A stretch of 63,332 bases of DNA, counting the filler, from Hausera hauseri (taxonomy: Eukaryota): NCBI GenBank assembly GCA_046269625.1. It is 12 parts of 12 records of this genome, joined end to end, with 100 filler letters (N's around TTAATTAATTAA, not from the genome) between each part and the next. Parts side by side here need not be neighbours in the genome. Positions count along the whole stretch, not along the records: positions 10,337 to 15,863 come from JBJURY010236073.1; positions 15,964 to 21,104 come from JBJURY010323384.1; positions 21,205 to 25,188 come from JBJURY010839303.1; 9 more parts are not named here. One strand, given 5' to 3'. The stretch's first letter is position 1. Every line of letters begins with the position of its first letter. Under the pieces are notes generated by a model that was given only the letters and a program-made list of their open reading frames with translations, was not told the DNA's origin and searched no databases. A program made the translations under genes and the position numbers. Of this stretch, positions 11,117 through 22,024 are shown one piece after another.

Positions 11117-12089
11117 ATAAATATATGTACGTATATCCTTCTTTCTGTAAATAATGTTCATGTCATATTTAGCAGTATTTGTCAGTTGAATAATTTAAAA
11201 ACCATAAATACGGGTAGGTTATAATAATAATCATGGACTATAATGGAAATTGTACACATTTATTACGAATAACTTCAGTAACATGTAGGTAATTTGTATC
11301 ATTGTGATATGAGACAATACTCACAAAGTAAACGTCTATTGTTTAAAATGAAAACAAACCTTTGATATAAATATGAATGCAATTTCATTTCACGTTTGTC
11401 TTATTTAAAATGCCTTTGGAAAACAATTAAGCAGGTAACAATCTCTCAAAAAATCACGATACAGCGAATGTTCGCTCAGAAATTCCCGGTTTTATAATGG
11501 ATACAACTCACATTATCTGCGCAACGCTATTCAATTGCCATTGAAGCAAAGGGTCAAAATCAAACGGGTGAAATATGTTCTATTGGTGAAAAGGATGGAC
11601 GAAGATTATTTGGATACTGTGGAAATTTGACAGTGATTTGGCGTTGAGTAAAGATACCCGAGATACATCCTCGATTTTTCTCAGTGGAAATATAGCGAAA
11701 ATTGTCTGTTCACATGGTGGAGAAACAGCAGAAGCAGCAAAAGAAATTTTTGCCACCCAAAGGAGCTAAAGGCCATGTAATATTGAAGTTGAAAGGATAC
11801 AAGGATCTGCACAGCGTTAAATCACCAATATGGAAGCTGGGAAAGCTTACACTTATTTAACTTTGTTTTTGATTTAACTTATGATGATTAATAAATTGTA
11901 TTGATTTTGTTTGTTGTTTATATTGCGTCTCGTCACATTAAGTAAAATAGATAAATTAAATGATAATAAAACAAAAGGCAAAAAGAACGATTAATATACA
12001 TTATTTATACGAAACAAACAGATCACAGTGAATTGTCACAGTAATTTGATCTGTCTGCACCGAATTTATGCGTGCGTGTTTTATTCCTA

Positions 12090-14990
12090 ACGCCAATGTC
12101 CGTACTCCCAACTATTATTTCGCCCCACCCACTTACGCTTATCATCATTGCATGATAAAGCGACTTTTGTATTGGTCACCGTATACAGCTGGTGCTCAAT
12201 CCATCGGATGATTGTTTGTAACACAACAGCCATTGATTGTCCTTCTTCTTCATAGATACGGTGAAAATTACCGTGGTCGATTTCCGTCTGTCTCAGCTGT
12301 CCCGATACCGGACACGACTTTCACTTTCATTCTTGAAGCAGCCGATTTTGTTGGTGATCGCGCTGCTGTTCAACAAATGATCCGGTGGATAGTTGGGCGT
12401 GTCAAGTAATACATCTGACTGCATTTGCTGCAGTAGCCGTTGGCGATTGACTTTTTTCAGCCGCAGGAAAAAATTGCCTGTGTCACCGGCAATTATACTA
12501 ATGTCACAGCCGTCAAACATTTTCCGCTAACGTGCCAATAGCTCATACCACTTGTCCAATATAACTTTGCCGGTTCAGAATGACTTCTTTTCTGTTTAAC
12601 AGCACCACAACTAATCTATCGGCAATGTGCATTGACCTCCGAAACTGCGCCTTACACGTGCACGTGACTAACCGCTTTACGCTATTGCATAGGCGTACAT
12701 TGAGCCACTTTTTCAGATTCTCCATCATTTTTCCGTAGAGAGAATTATTTTTCAGCTTGAAGTAGTCCTTTTCCACTTTGTACAAGCTGCGGCTTGTTTC
12801 TCCGAATTTTCATCTATGTACGCCTTGAATATGGGGGCCTGAGCAAATCGGATTGCACGATGCAGCTGTGTGACGTGTACACCGACCTGCATGTAGAACT
12901 GTATCAGACGCCAATGGACCACGTAATTCAGCTTCGGTTCATGCATCATTGGCAGTTTCTTCACTTCTTAGCCTGGTGGACATTGGTTAAATGGTGCGAC
13001 AGGTAAATAGTCCAAGACGTCATGCAGCTCATCTGGTACCACAAGATCGACCTCTATCAGGCATCCGACTCAGCCTGTCATATTTGCTCGTGGTAGGTTG
13101 GCCACTACGTCGTCCAGATCTTGTCTGTCGACAACCCATAAGAATGAACCGTACGGCAGGGGTTGCAAAAGCGCTTAGCCATAGAGGTTATTAATATCAG
13201 TATACATCTATTATTTGGTATCGGTAGCAAGGACCTGATGCTTGTTGACAAATCACATGCCGCTGCGAATACCAACACCAAAGAGCGGCACATTTCCGGG
13301 TCTTACATCAGCTCAATATCTTGATCCAATGACATTCGAGCTGACGCCCAAATCATTCCCGGTATGGAATAACAGTTGAGTGGCTCCAGCCTATCTTCAG
13401 CCAACGCGTTCGCTCGAAACGCTTGGAACACATCGGCTAATAAGTACACGTCCAGTTTGAAACAATGGAACATGTAATCCAACATGTTTCTACAGCCCAG
13501 TTCTGTCAAACACCTCTGTGCTTTCCGGTATTCATCTTCTGCGACACCTGTCCATCGTGGCAGAAATTCCTCTGATGTCCGAAGTCGCTCATATGATGTT
13601 GCAAAGTCATAAGGAAATATGCCTTTGCTGCGTGCAGTATGCGCGGAGAACTGCGTCAGTGTTATCAGCACATCTGGCAAGGCAATTTACCAGCTTTGTC
13701 AATAATTCATTGAGAAATTGCAATAAATCAAGGAAGCGTACCTGGAACCGGTTTATGCGAGCAAACAGTGACAAGTATTTCTCAATCGTAGTCGGAATTA
13801 TGGGTAGTTCCCACTACGGAAATCTGTTTATTGTCCACTTCAAAATATGGTGACAATCATAATCCCTGAAGTTATAAAATACCACCTGTAAGAATGGCCG
13901 AATACGACTTGCCAAATTGCATGAATTACATTCTGCTCCGCGATATTGACCAGTGAAATGATTGTGATCCGGTATTAGCCGTTCCAATGCGTCAACCGGT
14001 AATATTTTGTGCCACGGGTAACATTCATCTGTGACTGCAAACGTCAGGCGTTCATCTTTATCTGTCCACATCAATGGTTCATTGATATTTCTAGTGTACC
14101 AAGGTGCGATTTCAGTTTTCACTATGGATTGCAACAGCTACAAAAAATCGTGTACACAAATAGATCCGTGGTAAACATAATATTGAGGTTGATATTATAC
14201 TTTTATTAGGACCATTAACATATCGACGGCTATTGCAACATGTTTTTTGTTATATAATGTTGTGCCGTGGTAAGATAGCATCAGTATCGGCATATACTAC
14301 ATATGCTGGACTGTCTGTTTTTGATCAATCAGCAAACCTTAGTTCCTGTTTGACGGGCATGACATACATTGGGGTTCCTGACGAATTTTGTCTGCACAGA
14401 GTCACATGTTTCTCCCATGTTGTTTCCGACCTGAATCCATGAAGACATACAAGACACCATTTACACTGTACCCGTTTTTGGAGGAAATGGTCATGCTGCA
14501 TCTTCAATAGTTTATCCATATTTGTCAATGCAACGTAATGGTACTTTTTTTGTTCCAGTAGCAACAAATTTACTGAGTAGCCATTTGGATTCCGATTATG
14601 AGAGATTATATCCACATGAGGATTTTTGTAAATTTGTTCTTCCGCCGGTAGTTTTATAATTGTGTTGTACCGGAACACGTTGACTGCCCGTGTCGGATTA
14701 CGCCGTTCAAAAGTCGGAATGAATTTCAGTTTCATCGGCATCCAGCTTTTATCGAAATCCAATTCGGAAAAATATTTCTGATACTGTTTTGGACGAGATG
14801 TACTGTTTCTCCACTTAGTCGTATTACAATACCGCCAAAATACTGTAAAGAAAACAGTATTCATCGTTAGTATTTTTTACATCCATGACCGCCAGAGACT
14901 GCTTCATAGCTGCGGGTGTCGGTATGAATGACCGCCCGGTCAAATATATTATGTCACTCGATTTTGTTATGATAAAGCCGAGGGTGACAA
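12090..14990 (-). pseudogene. protein-primed DNA polymerase B (Maverick/Polinton/adintovirus type), fragmented
   Basis: Motifs in order on the minus strand: GRSFIPTP..KNTNDEYCFLYSILA, endonuclease-VII-like DHNHFTGQYRGAECNSCN, YNFRDYDCH, KGIFPY, KLDVYLLADVF, YTDINNLYG, KLKNNSLYGK, AGDTGN (degenerate DTDS), KVALSCNDDKR. Many frameshifts and stops. Confidence 0.9.
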
Positions 14991-15512
14991 TTTTATAGGC
15001 TTACATTACAATTACTATTGTGAAAAACGTTTTGTGAAATATATTTTATTTTCTTTTTGTTGTTGATGCTTTTGGTTTGTGTGCATATTGAAATTCCGTT
15101 ACGATAACTGATTATCGGTTTTCGTTGGTTTTGTAAGCAAAAAACAGATTGAAACAGGATTTTTTTACAATAATAATGATGATGATGAGGATTGTCAACG
15201 ACGTTTTCACCGACTTACAATCGTCTGATCGTGAGGCGGTTATAATATGAAATGCTCAACTATCGATGGGCTATGTGCTCAACCAATTTCCACCATCGTC
15301 GGACTTGTGCAAGGGGAAATTTTACTCGTTTGAAATTTTCCAATCAGTAGTTGGAAGGGAGGACTTCTCGTCAACACCCTCCCACTTCCCACCCTCCAGG
15401 GAAGGAAGGAAGCCAATGGGAGGAGAACACGTCATCGAGGGAAGGAAAACTGACCAATGGTAGGAGAGTACATTGAGGGAAACTGACCAGTCATAAACGA
15501 AGGTGGCGCCAA

Positions 15513-15785
15513 TTGGGTTTCACTATTCCCACCACGGAACAAAGGATTCTGGCGCAGATTGGGTTTCACTATTCCCACCCAAAAAATCAATATAGGAATT
15601 TCTGGCGCAGTTGTGGTTTCACCATTCCCACCCCCAAAAATCAATGTAGGAATTTCTGGCGCAGTTGTGGTTTCACTATTCTCACCCCGGAACAAAGGAT
15701 TCTGGCGCAGATTGGGTTTCACTATTCCCACCCAAAAAGTCAATATAGGAATTTCTGGCGCAGTCGTGGTTTCACTATTCCCACC
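15513..15785. repeat. tandem array of six GGTTTCACTATTCCCACC cores in two unit types (~46 and ~53 bp)
   Basis: Units end in ggaacaaaggattctggcgcaga (A) or aaatcaatataggaatttctggcgcagt (B), ordered A-B-B-A-B-core. Confidence 0.9.
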
Positions 15786-15797
15786 TCACTTTGTTTC

Positions 15798-15863
15798 TAT
15801 AAATACCGCTGTGTCACTTATGAAAATGTCTCAACCAATGCTTTTTCAGCTGTAGAAAAGTTG
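15798..15863 (+). promoter_or_regulatory. TATA box and gene start, truncated by contig end
   Basis: TATAAATA 15798-15805, ATG 15820. CACTTATGAAAATGTCTCAACCAA is identical to the reverse complement of 1707-1730. Confidence 0.6.
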
Positions 15864-15963
15864 NNNNNNNNNNNNNNNNNNNNNNNNNNNNNNNNNNNNN
15901 NNNNNNNTTAATTAATTAANNNNNNNNNNNNNNNNNNNNNNNNNNNNNNNNNNNNNNNNNNNN
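15864..15963. other. artificial contig linker
   Basis: N44-TTAATTAATTAA-N44. Confidence 0.98.
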
Positions 15964-16405
15964 TCTTCATAGGGCACCATTTCGTGTCCATGGTCTTCAT
16001 ACATTTCTTCCACACACATCGGGTTTACCTGTCGTAATTTAAAACAGTTTCTAAATCCGTGTCCACTTTTCCACATTTCAAACATAAGTTTTTTAAAGGG
16101 CAGTTTTTTCTAATGTGTTTATGTTTTCCACAGCAAAAACAATCACCCTTAGATAGCACTTCCTTTTTCGGTGCTGGTAGGTGTTTTGCGCGGCAGTAGA
16201 GCTTTCTGACTTTATGATACGCAGAGTGAGTTGTAGCTTGCCTTCGCCTATCTGCGATCAAACTGGCATGTGTTTTCTGGTCCTGAACAGTGTTGTTGTT
16301 GATGGACTTTGTTTAAAACCTTTCTTTCTTTGAATATTCTCTTCCACGGTTGTGTATGAACGGTTTTCTATCATATTCTTTTAGTTTCCAGTATGCTGTC
16401 TGCAA
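15964..16405 (-). pseudogene. gag fragment with CCHC zinc knuckles
   Basis: CFCCGKHKHIRKNC followed by CLKCGK..; interrupted at ~16406 by an AT-rich segment starting with TG. Confidence 0.65.
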
Positions 16406-18585
16406 TGTTCCACCTTACAAAAAATATACATTTGAATTTAATAAAACACTATATAGGAATAATAAATCAGTAAAACTTTATTTCAATACTAATAATAAAA
16501 TACAAAAATAAATAAATAAATATTAAATTACCAAAACACACATTCAAAATTAATCAGTAAAAATTATACCAGTGCTAATAATAAAATTTAAAATTTCAAA
16601 TTACAATTTAAATTTCTCAAAATTTAAATTCAACATCATAGACCTGGTCAGAAATAAAATCAAAAACAAATCACGGATTTATCCCAAACAAACAAGAATC
16701 CGCCTACGAAACCAAAAAATGAAAACTGGGATTGCGAGTGCTAAAGTGGTTAGCACTTGTAATAATAAAAAATTGACAATCGAAATCTGTGGTTTCAAAT
16801 CCATTTGTTTGAATCCACAATTTTAAGAAACAGAGTAAAATTCAAAAAAAAGTGAAAAAAAAAATTACACGAATCCAAAATTCCAGAAAGCCACAAAAGG
16901 AATGCATGAACCAGAATAGCAAAACCCAACGAACCAATCGTCCGGAAAGAGACAAAGGCCATCCTAGCAGATGCAGCCGTACAACCAAACGTCACCCTTG
17001 GCGAAAGGAAGATCATGCCGATTCCGGGGTATCGCATTACCAAGATATTCCGACCAGTACACGTAGAGACGGAACACAACGCCGACAGCCACATCGCCTC
17101 AGTGGAACAAGGTTGATCAGAAGAGTGGCAACACACAGCTCGGCGGAACATCGTCTCACGCGGCAGACGACATTGCGACACCAATAGGAGAGCTCCGTAT
17201 CGATTATACTCGGACTTTCTGATGTACGGGAGCTGCTACAACGGAGCCGTTTCGTACAGCACTTGAAAAGGTTAAGGCGGAATGACCCCTATTCCTTACC
17301 CGGTGGAACGCTCCATCGGTTTTATGAGGGCTAGGAAAATCGACGTCTTTTCGACTCGTTGGTTTTCCTGCCGGTCTTCCTGAGACTGATGGCGGCCGCC
17401 GACCACCTCTACGAATCACTGGCTCCCTCGGAGAGCCAGCTGATTCCTGACTGTCGAACCATTGACAAACTGCAGGCTAGGACACTGAGTTCCAGCCCAG
17501 ACGAAGTTCCCGTACCGCGCCATCGACGAAGGCTGGAGCTGATACAACAAGAACCGACACCGGCGAACTCCAGCTCGGACCACGCTCCGACGCGTCCATG
17601 TCGTGCTGCAAGGAACAATCCGGCTCTGTCCTCAACAGAAGAATCCTACTCCTCGGCGGACGCATTAGACAATATGAATAAAAATTGTTTATTTTATTTG
17701 TTTGTTTTTCTTGCGGCTCGTATTTCAGTCGTTTTATTCGACTGCGTTGATAGGTTTATTTCCCTTTTTATGTTTATGAGGTCAATCCGTAAGGTGGAAA
17801 CCTCTAAAATGGTGGCAGGGATTACCGCATTCACGCCTTATAACACTAACGCAGCCGTTGAAATAAATCCAGCTCAAACACTTCAAACAGCCGTTGATAG
17901 CAATCAGGCTCAAATTTACACAAATGCCGTAAAAACTAATCCGGTCACACATTCGTGCATCACCAAACATGATCACGCAATACCCACTAACAGTTCTATC
18001 ACCAAAATCAATTGAAACCAGAAAATTACAACGCGTGATATTGAACAAATGCCAAAATATTCTAGCACTAACAAATGCGTCAACACCGTCAAATAGGAAT
18101 ACAAACCCGATTATACGAACCGTGCCAAAATAGCACACACAACAAGCGAAAATTCGCTAGGTAACCATTCATCCAATCGTCAGTCGATTGACATCGCCAA
18201 GAAAATTCACTATGATGAAACAACATTGACCGATTTTACGCCAAACGAAGTACAACTCATTTTACAAAATTGGCGTCATACAAAAGCTCGTCGCTTTCCA
18301 TCCACTCGAGATATGTCGGGAATGCTGGAAGTTTTAAACCAACAATATCCCGAGCATACATTTTCTCATAATGGGAAACTATTATGCAAGAATAATTTTT
18401 CAATCAATACAATTTTTGTAGAAAATACCACTATACTGGCGACTCCAAACCTAAAAGGAGGCGTTGGCACTAACACGCTCGACAAAAGAGCCGAAACTGC
18501 ATCATCAGCAAAGGCCAAACCTCCAAAACTAGCATATCCAACCTTCTTCATAAGTTCGGACGGAACTCCACTGAAGTAGTTCCAT

Positions 18586-19296
18586 GTGCTTGAAACATTG
18601 GCTACTCAATGCGGCATCACCGGCCAACTAAACGAGGCCTTAACACTAATTCAATACCTGCAGCCAATAACGCTCGCTGCAATATCGGATCTGGAGATCT
18701 TACTGTCAGATGAAAAGCCGTTGGACAAAATCAAAGCAGCCATATGCAAAGCATACCTGCCATCCCAACAGGACCAGTTCAACCTGGACTTCACCAAGCA
18801 ACAGACAGGGAATATGAAACCTTCTGCTCTGCTTCAAAAGTTACGCTCAGACTTGAGAAATGCTGAGCTGGATCTCCATAGCAACCAGCACATACTACGG
18901 TGCTACTTCCTGAGTAGTTTGCCCAACCAAATTCAAGCGACACTTGTGCTATTACCGCCCGATACCACCGCTCCAACGGAAAACATCCATTCCGTCACGG
19001 CGACCCAGCAAAATCAGCTGGACACCACTATTGCCGCACTGCAGGCACTGCCAGCCAGGGACAAACCATTATCTTGGCGTCAATCCCCCAAGAGAAAGAA
19101 AGGCAAATTTTCCAAAATTTGCCATTTCCACACACGATTTGGCGAATCCGCTTATAAATATTACCATGGTTGTCAATTCAACAAGCCATCCGCAAACACA
19201 AAAATGCAAGACACTTGCATTTATCACAATCATTTTGGTCCAGATGCAAAAATATGTAGACCCGGCTGCAAATTTCACAAGCCATCAAAAAACTAA
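18586..19296 (+). CDS. gag: Gypsy Gag (true start probably further upstream, disrupted)
   Basis: GNMKPSALLQKLR, FLSSLPNQIQ, and two copies of the CxxH-xFG-xxA-xxC-xxGC motif. Confidence 0.7.
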   Translation: MLETLATQCGITGQLNEALTLIQYLQPITLAAISDLEILLSDEKPLDKIKAAICKAYLPSQQDQFNLDFTKQQTGNMKPSALLQKLRSDLRNAELDLHSNQHILRCYFLSSLPNQIQATLVLLPPDTTAPTENIHSVTATQQNQLDTTIAALQALPARDKPLSWRQSPKRKKGKFSKICHFHTRFGESAYKYYHGCQFNKPSANTKMQDTCIYHNHFGPDAKICRPGCKFHKPSKN

Positions 19297-19329
19297 ATGG
19301 GCCCAGACGACCAACGGCACGTCGACTGG
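19287..19329 (+). promoter_or_regulatory. -1 programmed ribosomal frameshift signal
   Basis: A AAA AAC heptamer (19287-19293) in the correct phase just before the gag TAA, 9-nt spacer, hairpin CCAG-A-CGAC/GTCG-A-CTGG. The -1 frame is open through to the protease DTG. Confidence 0.75.
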
Positions 19330-19877
19330 AAACCCAATCACCACAACTGCCGTATACAAATAGCGAACGCTTTGTCGATGCTATTTTCACCCTCGAGGTG
19401 GAGCTACTACACTCTGACATCTCGAAACAACTCGATTTTCTAATCGACACTGGTGCAGCTTTATCGCTGATACCTAGCGCATATGATAGACCTACCCTGG
19501 TCTCACATGCATCGCTCAAAGCTGCCAATGGCACGCGAATATCAACCACAGGTACACTGTACGTACAATTTCACCTACAAGGCCGACCATACGCTTGGTC
19601 ATTCATATTGTCCGATGTCATGCAACCAATCCTTGATTCTGACTTCGTAAATCACTACGATCTCACAGTTGATTGCCGAAATCAACAATTCACCGGCTGG
19701 AGCAATCCACTACCTCCACCCGCATTCACACTAACTATACACGCTGTCACGGGCATCAAAATCTCAAATCCCATTGACATCACACCATTGCTGCAAGCGC
19801 AATATCCTGACCTATTGAAGCGCTCAGCACAACCAACACAGAAAGTGGTGAAAACATCACACTTTCTCGTTACATAA
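19287..19877 (+). CDS. retropepsin aspartic protease (pol N-terminus, reached by -1 frameshift)
   Basis: FLIDTGAALSLIP, LKAANGTRI, PILDSDF. Confidence 0.8.
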   Translation, partial: KKLNGPRRPTARRLETQSPQLPYTNSERFVDAIFTLEVELLHSDISKQLDFLIDTGAALSLIPSAYDRPTLVSHASLKAANGTRISTTGTLYVQFHLQGRPYAWSFILSDVMQPILDSDFVNHYDLTVDCRNQQFTGWSNPLPPPAFTLTIHAVTGIKISNPIDITPLLQAQYPDLLKRSAQPTQKVVKTSHFLVT

Positions 19878-19970
19878 TGTGACCGACCGATTCGGCAACC
19901 CCGGAGGGAGCTTGACCCTGTCAAGAGATCAGCCGCGGAAGCCAAATTTCGACACCCCGACAAAACAGAC

Positions 19971-20363
19971 TGTAGGGTTTTATTAGGTTGAAATAAATCT
20001 AAGAAATGATGAAATAAATCCACAAGAAACAAGTTGTATTCAAACCTAAAATTACAAATTGATAATCAATACATAATTTATATACATAATATACATAATA
20101 TAAATATATACATGTATACAGGGTCTCTACGGATCTATACATTGGCAATTATAGTTTTATTCCAATATTCTCATCGACTCGATAGTGATACACCTTTCCT
20201 GCTCGTCCTTTCTGGTATCTGTAAATCTGGAATCTCCAGCTTTCGCACTAACGATGATTCCCTATTTATTATGCAACTTTTGTGTCGCATAATCACATGG
20301 TGGGGAAAATTCTCTCACCGATTCGACAGCCTCAAACAGTGCAGCCACATTCTAGGCACTACA
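19971..20363 (-). mobile_element. 3' LTR (393 bp) of a reverse-oriented Gypsy element
   Basis: Minus strand TGTAGTGCC...AATAAAACCCTACA, preceded by purine-rich GAGGGATGA; junction homologous to 62319-62350. Confidence 0.75.
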
Positions 20364-20442
20364 TCATCCCTCGTGGCAAGACGAAGACTATGAAAAGAAG
20401 AAAATAAATGGAAATTATAGTATGAAAAAGAAGACATTATAC

Positions 20443-21104
20443 CTATTCGGTTTTGATACGTGTTAAACGTTGGACTCCATCTATGAACTTCTCCCTGCTG
20501 TAAGTGCTCAACGTTACATGACGTGATCTGTTAGATGTTACTGGTGCTTGTGGAGTTGTGATGGAGAGATGCTGTAGATTTTTTGGTGTTTTGGGAGAAT
20601 GCTTCATGAAAAGGTGAAAGTGCAGAAAAAACTGAAGAGTGGAGTAGGGCAAGCGAAAAAGTCCAGACTGGAGGTGGAAGCAAATCGTGCGATGACGGTA
20701 AAAGGAATAGTGGGTGTGCCGGCAATGACGACGAAGTAAGTGGTAAATGAGCAGTGAACGATGACGGAAATAAAAAAGACTGATTGTGACTCGATTGCTA
20801 CGGAGGCTCAAAATTATCGAGGAAATTAGATAATGGCTCGCGGGTAGAGAAAGTAGAGTCAGGATTTGAAACAAGGCTGTTATCCTGGTCATCATCAACA
20901 AAGAATGCTGGCTTAAGATTAGAGATATGTACATTTTAAGGTTTGTCCTTGAGTAAAATAGTAGCGATGTGCGAACAAAAGTTTAGTAGTTTGTAAGGGG
21001 GAACGTATTAAGGCCGAAAATCAGACAGTGAAGGATCCTTCAGCCATACAAACTTGGCTGAGTATATGTCCTCTGGAATATAAGATTTGTCTTTATTTAT
21101 AAGA
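20443..21104 (-). pseudogene. Gypsy integrase C-terminus with Ser/Pro-rich tail, paralogue of 61590-62258
   Basis: Ends TTPQAPVTSNRSRHVTLSTYSREKFIDGVQRLTRIKTE versus TTPQAPATPSRSRQVIFSTYSREKLIYGIQRLTHTKAE; frameshifted. Confidence 0.8.
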
Positions 21105-21204
21105 NNNNNNNNNNNNNNNNNNNNNNNNNNNNNNNNNNNNNNNNNNNNTTAATTAATTAANNNNNNNNNNNNNNNNNNNNNNNNNNNNNNNNNNNNNNNN
21201 NNNN
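21105..21204. other. artificial contig linker
   Basis: N44-TTAATTAATTAA-N44. Confidence 0.98.
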
Positions 21205-21855
21205 TTACCTCACATTAATGTTATGACTCTCTTACGACAACCATCTTCAATACCACACCCACGCTATCATCCAGAACAAATCACTAGACCATTACCCGAA
21301 TTGCCAGTACCTGTACCTACAATAATACCCGCACCAACCATTTCCTATAGCCCACCATTACCAATATCTTTACAAGAAGATTGGTTTCCTGTTTTTAGCA
21401 AATGTCCAATTGATCTTATATCTGATCTAGCCCCTCCTGATTTATGGGCAACACTACAATTTCACTACTACGACCAGTTGCCTACCTACGAATGTACTAT
21501 ATGTCTTACCGAAAGAGTAACAGTGGTTCAATTTCAATGTAATCATAAATTGTGTGCAACCTGTTTTAACAAACTTCGATCCCAATCCCTCAAATCAATC
21601 GATCCAGAAGATGCCTTACAGATGACTTTTCAAAACGGCATCTCATGCCCGTATTGCCGACAACCATCAGTCTACTATCATTTCTCCTATACCTACGACA
21701 ATCGAACCCAAAGATTATGCCATTGGATGAACCCAGTGAACGATGCAACTTTGACAATTAAACCTAGAAATCTCAGTTTTGTCGATGTCAGTACCCAGAG
21801 TGATCCGGAGGACCGAATCCTTTTCAAAGGGGGGAGAAATGTTGAGACACATTGA
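21205..21855 (+). CDS. 5'-truncated ORF with Pro-rich linker and C3HC4 RING finger, ending across a polypurine tract
   Basis: CTIC..CNHKLCATC..CPYC; frame open from the contig edge; the last codons (FKGGRNV) span the PPT/LTR junction. Confidence 0.75.
   Translation, partial: LPHINVMTLLRQPSSIPHPRYHPEQITRPLPELPVPVPTIIPAPTISYSPPLPISLQEDWFPVFSKCPIDLISDLAPPDLWATLQFHYYDQLPTYECTICLTERVTVVQFQCNHKLCATCFNKLRSQSLKSIDPEDALQMTFQNGISCPYCRQPSVYYHFSYTYDNRTQRLCHWMNPVNDATLTIKPRNLSFVDVSTQSDPEDRILFKGGRNVETH
21826..21845 (+). mobile_element. polypurine tract and start of 3' LTR
   Basis: AAAGGGGGGAGAAA (21826-21839) immediately followed by TGTTGA at 21840. Confidence 0.7.
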
Positions 21856-21920
21856 ACCGAATTGGACATCATTTTTGAAAACATCATGACCAACATCATT
21901 TTGTGATTATCATTTTTGAA

Positions 21921-22024
21921 AACTTTGTGATTATAACCAACATTTTTGAAAACAAAACTTTGTGATTATAACCAACATTTTTGAAAACAAAACTTTGTGA
22001 TTATAACCAACATTTTTGAAAACA
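21921..22024. repeat. 35-bp tandem repeat x3 (degenerate units from ~21868)
   Basis: AACTTTGTGATTATAACCAACATTTTTGAAAACAA at 21921, 21956 and 21991. Confidence 0.9.

Larger units (their letters stand above)
17810..19970 (+). mobile_element. Ty3/Gypsy element 5' half (PBS-like TGG, gag, -1 frameshift, protease), truncated by a nested insertion
   Basis: TGGTGGCAGGG at 17810, gag 18586-19296, protease LIDTGA; coding ends near the LTR at 19971. Confidence 0.75.

Noticed and set aside
15513-15785. CRISPR-like appearance and three overlapping ORFs
   Set aside because: The intervening segments are themselves repeated (only two types), there are no cas genes and the context is eukaryotic; the ORFs are by-products of the repeat.
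21921-22024. 35-bp repeats as a CRISPR array
   Set aside because: Head-to-tail with no spacers.
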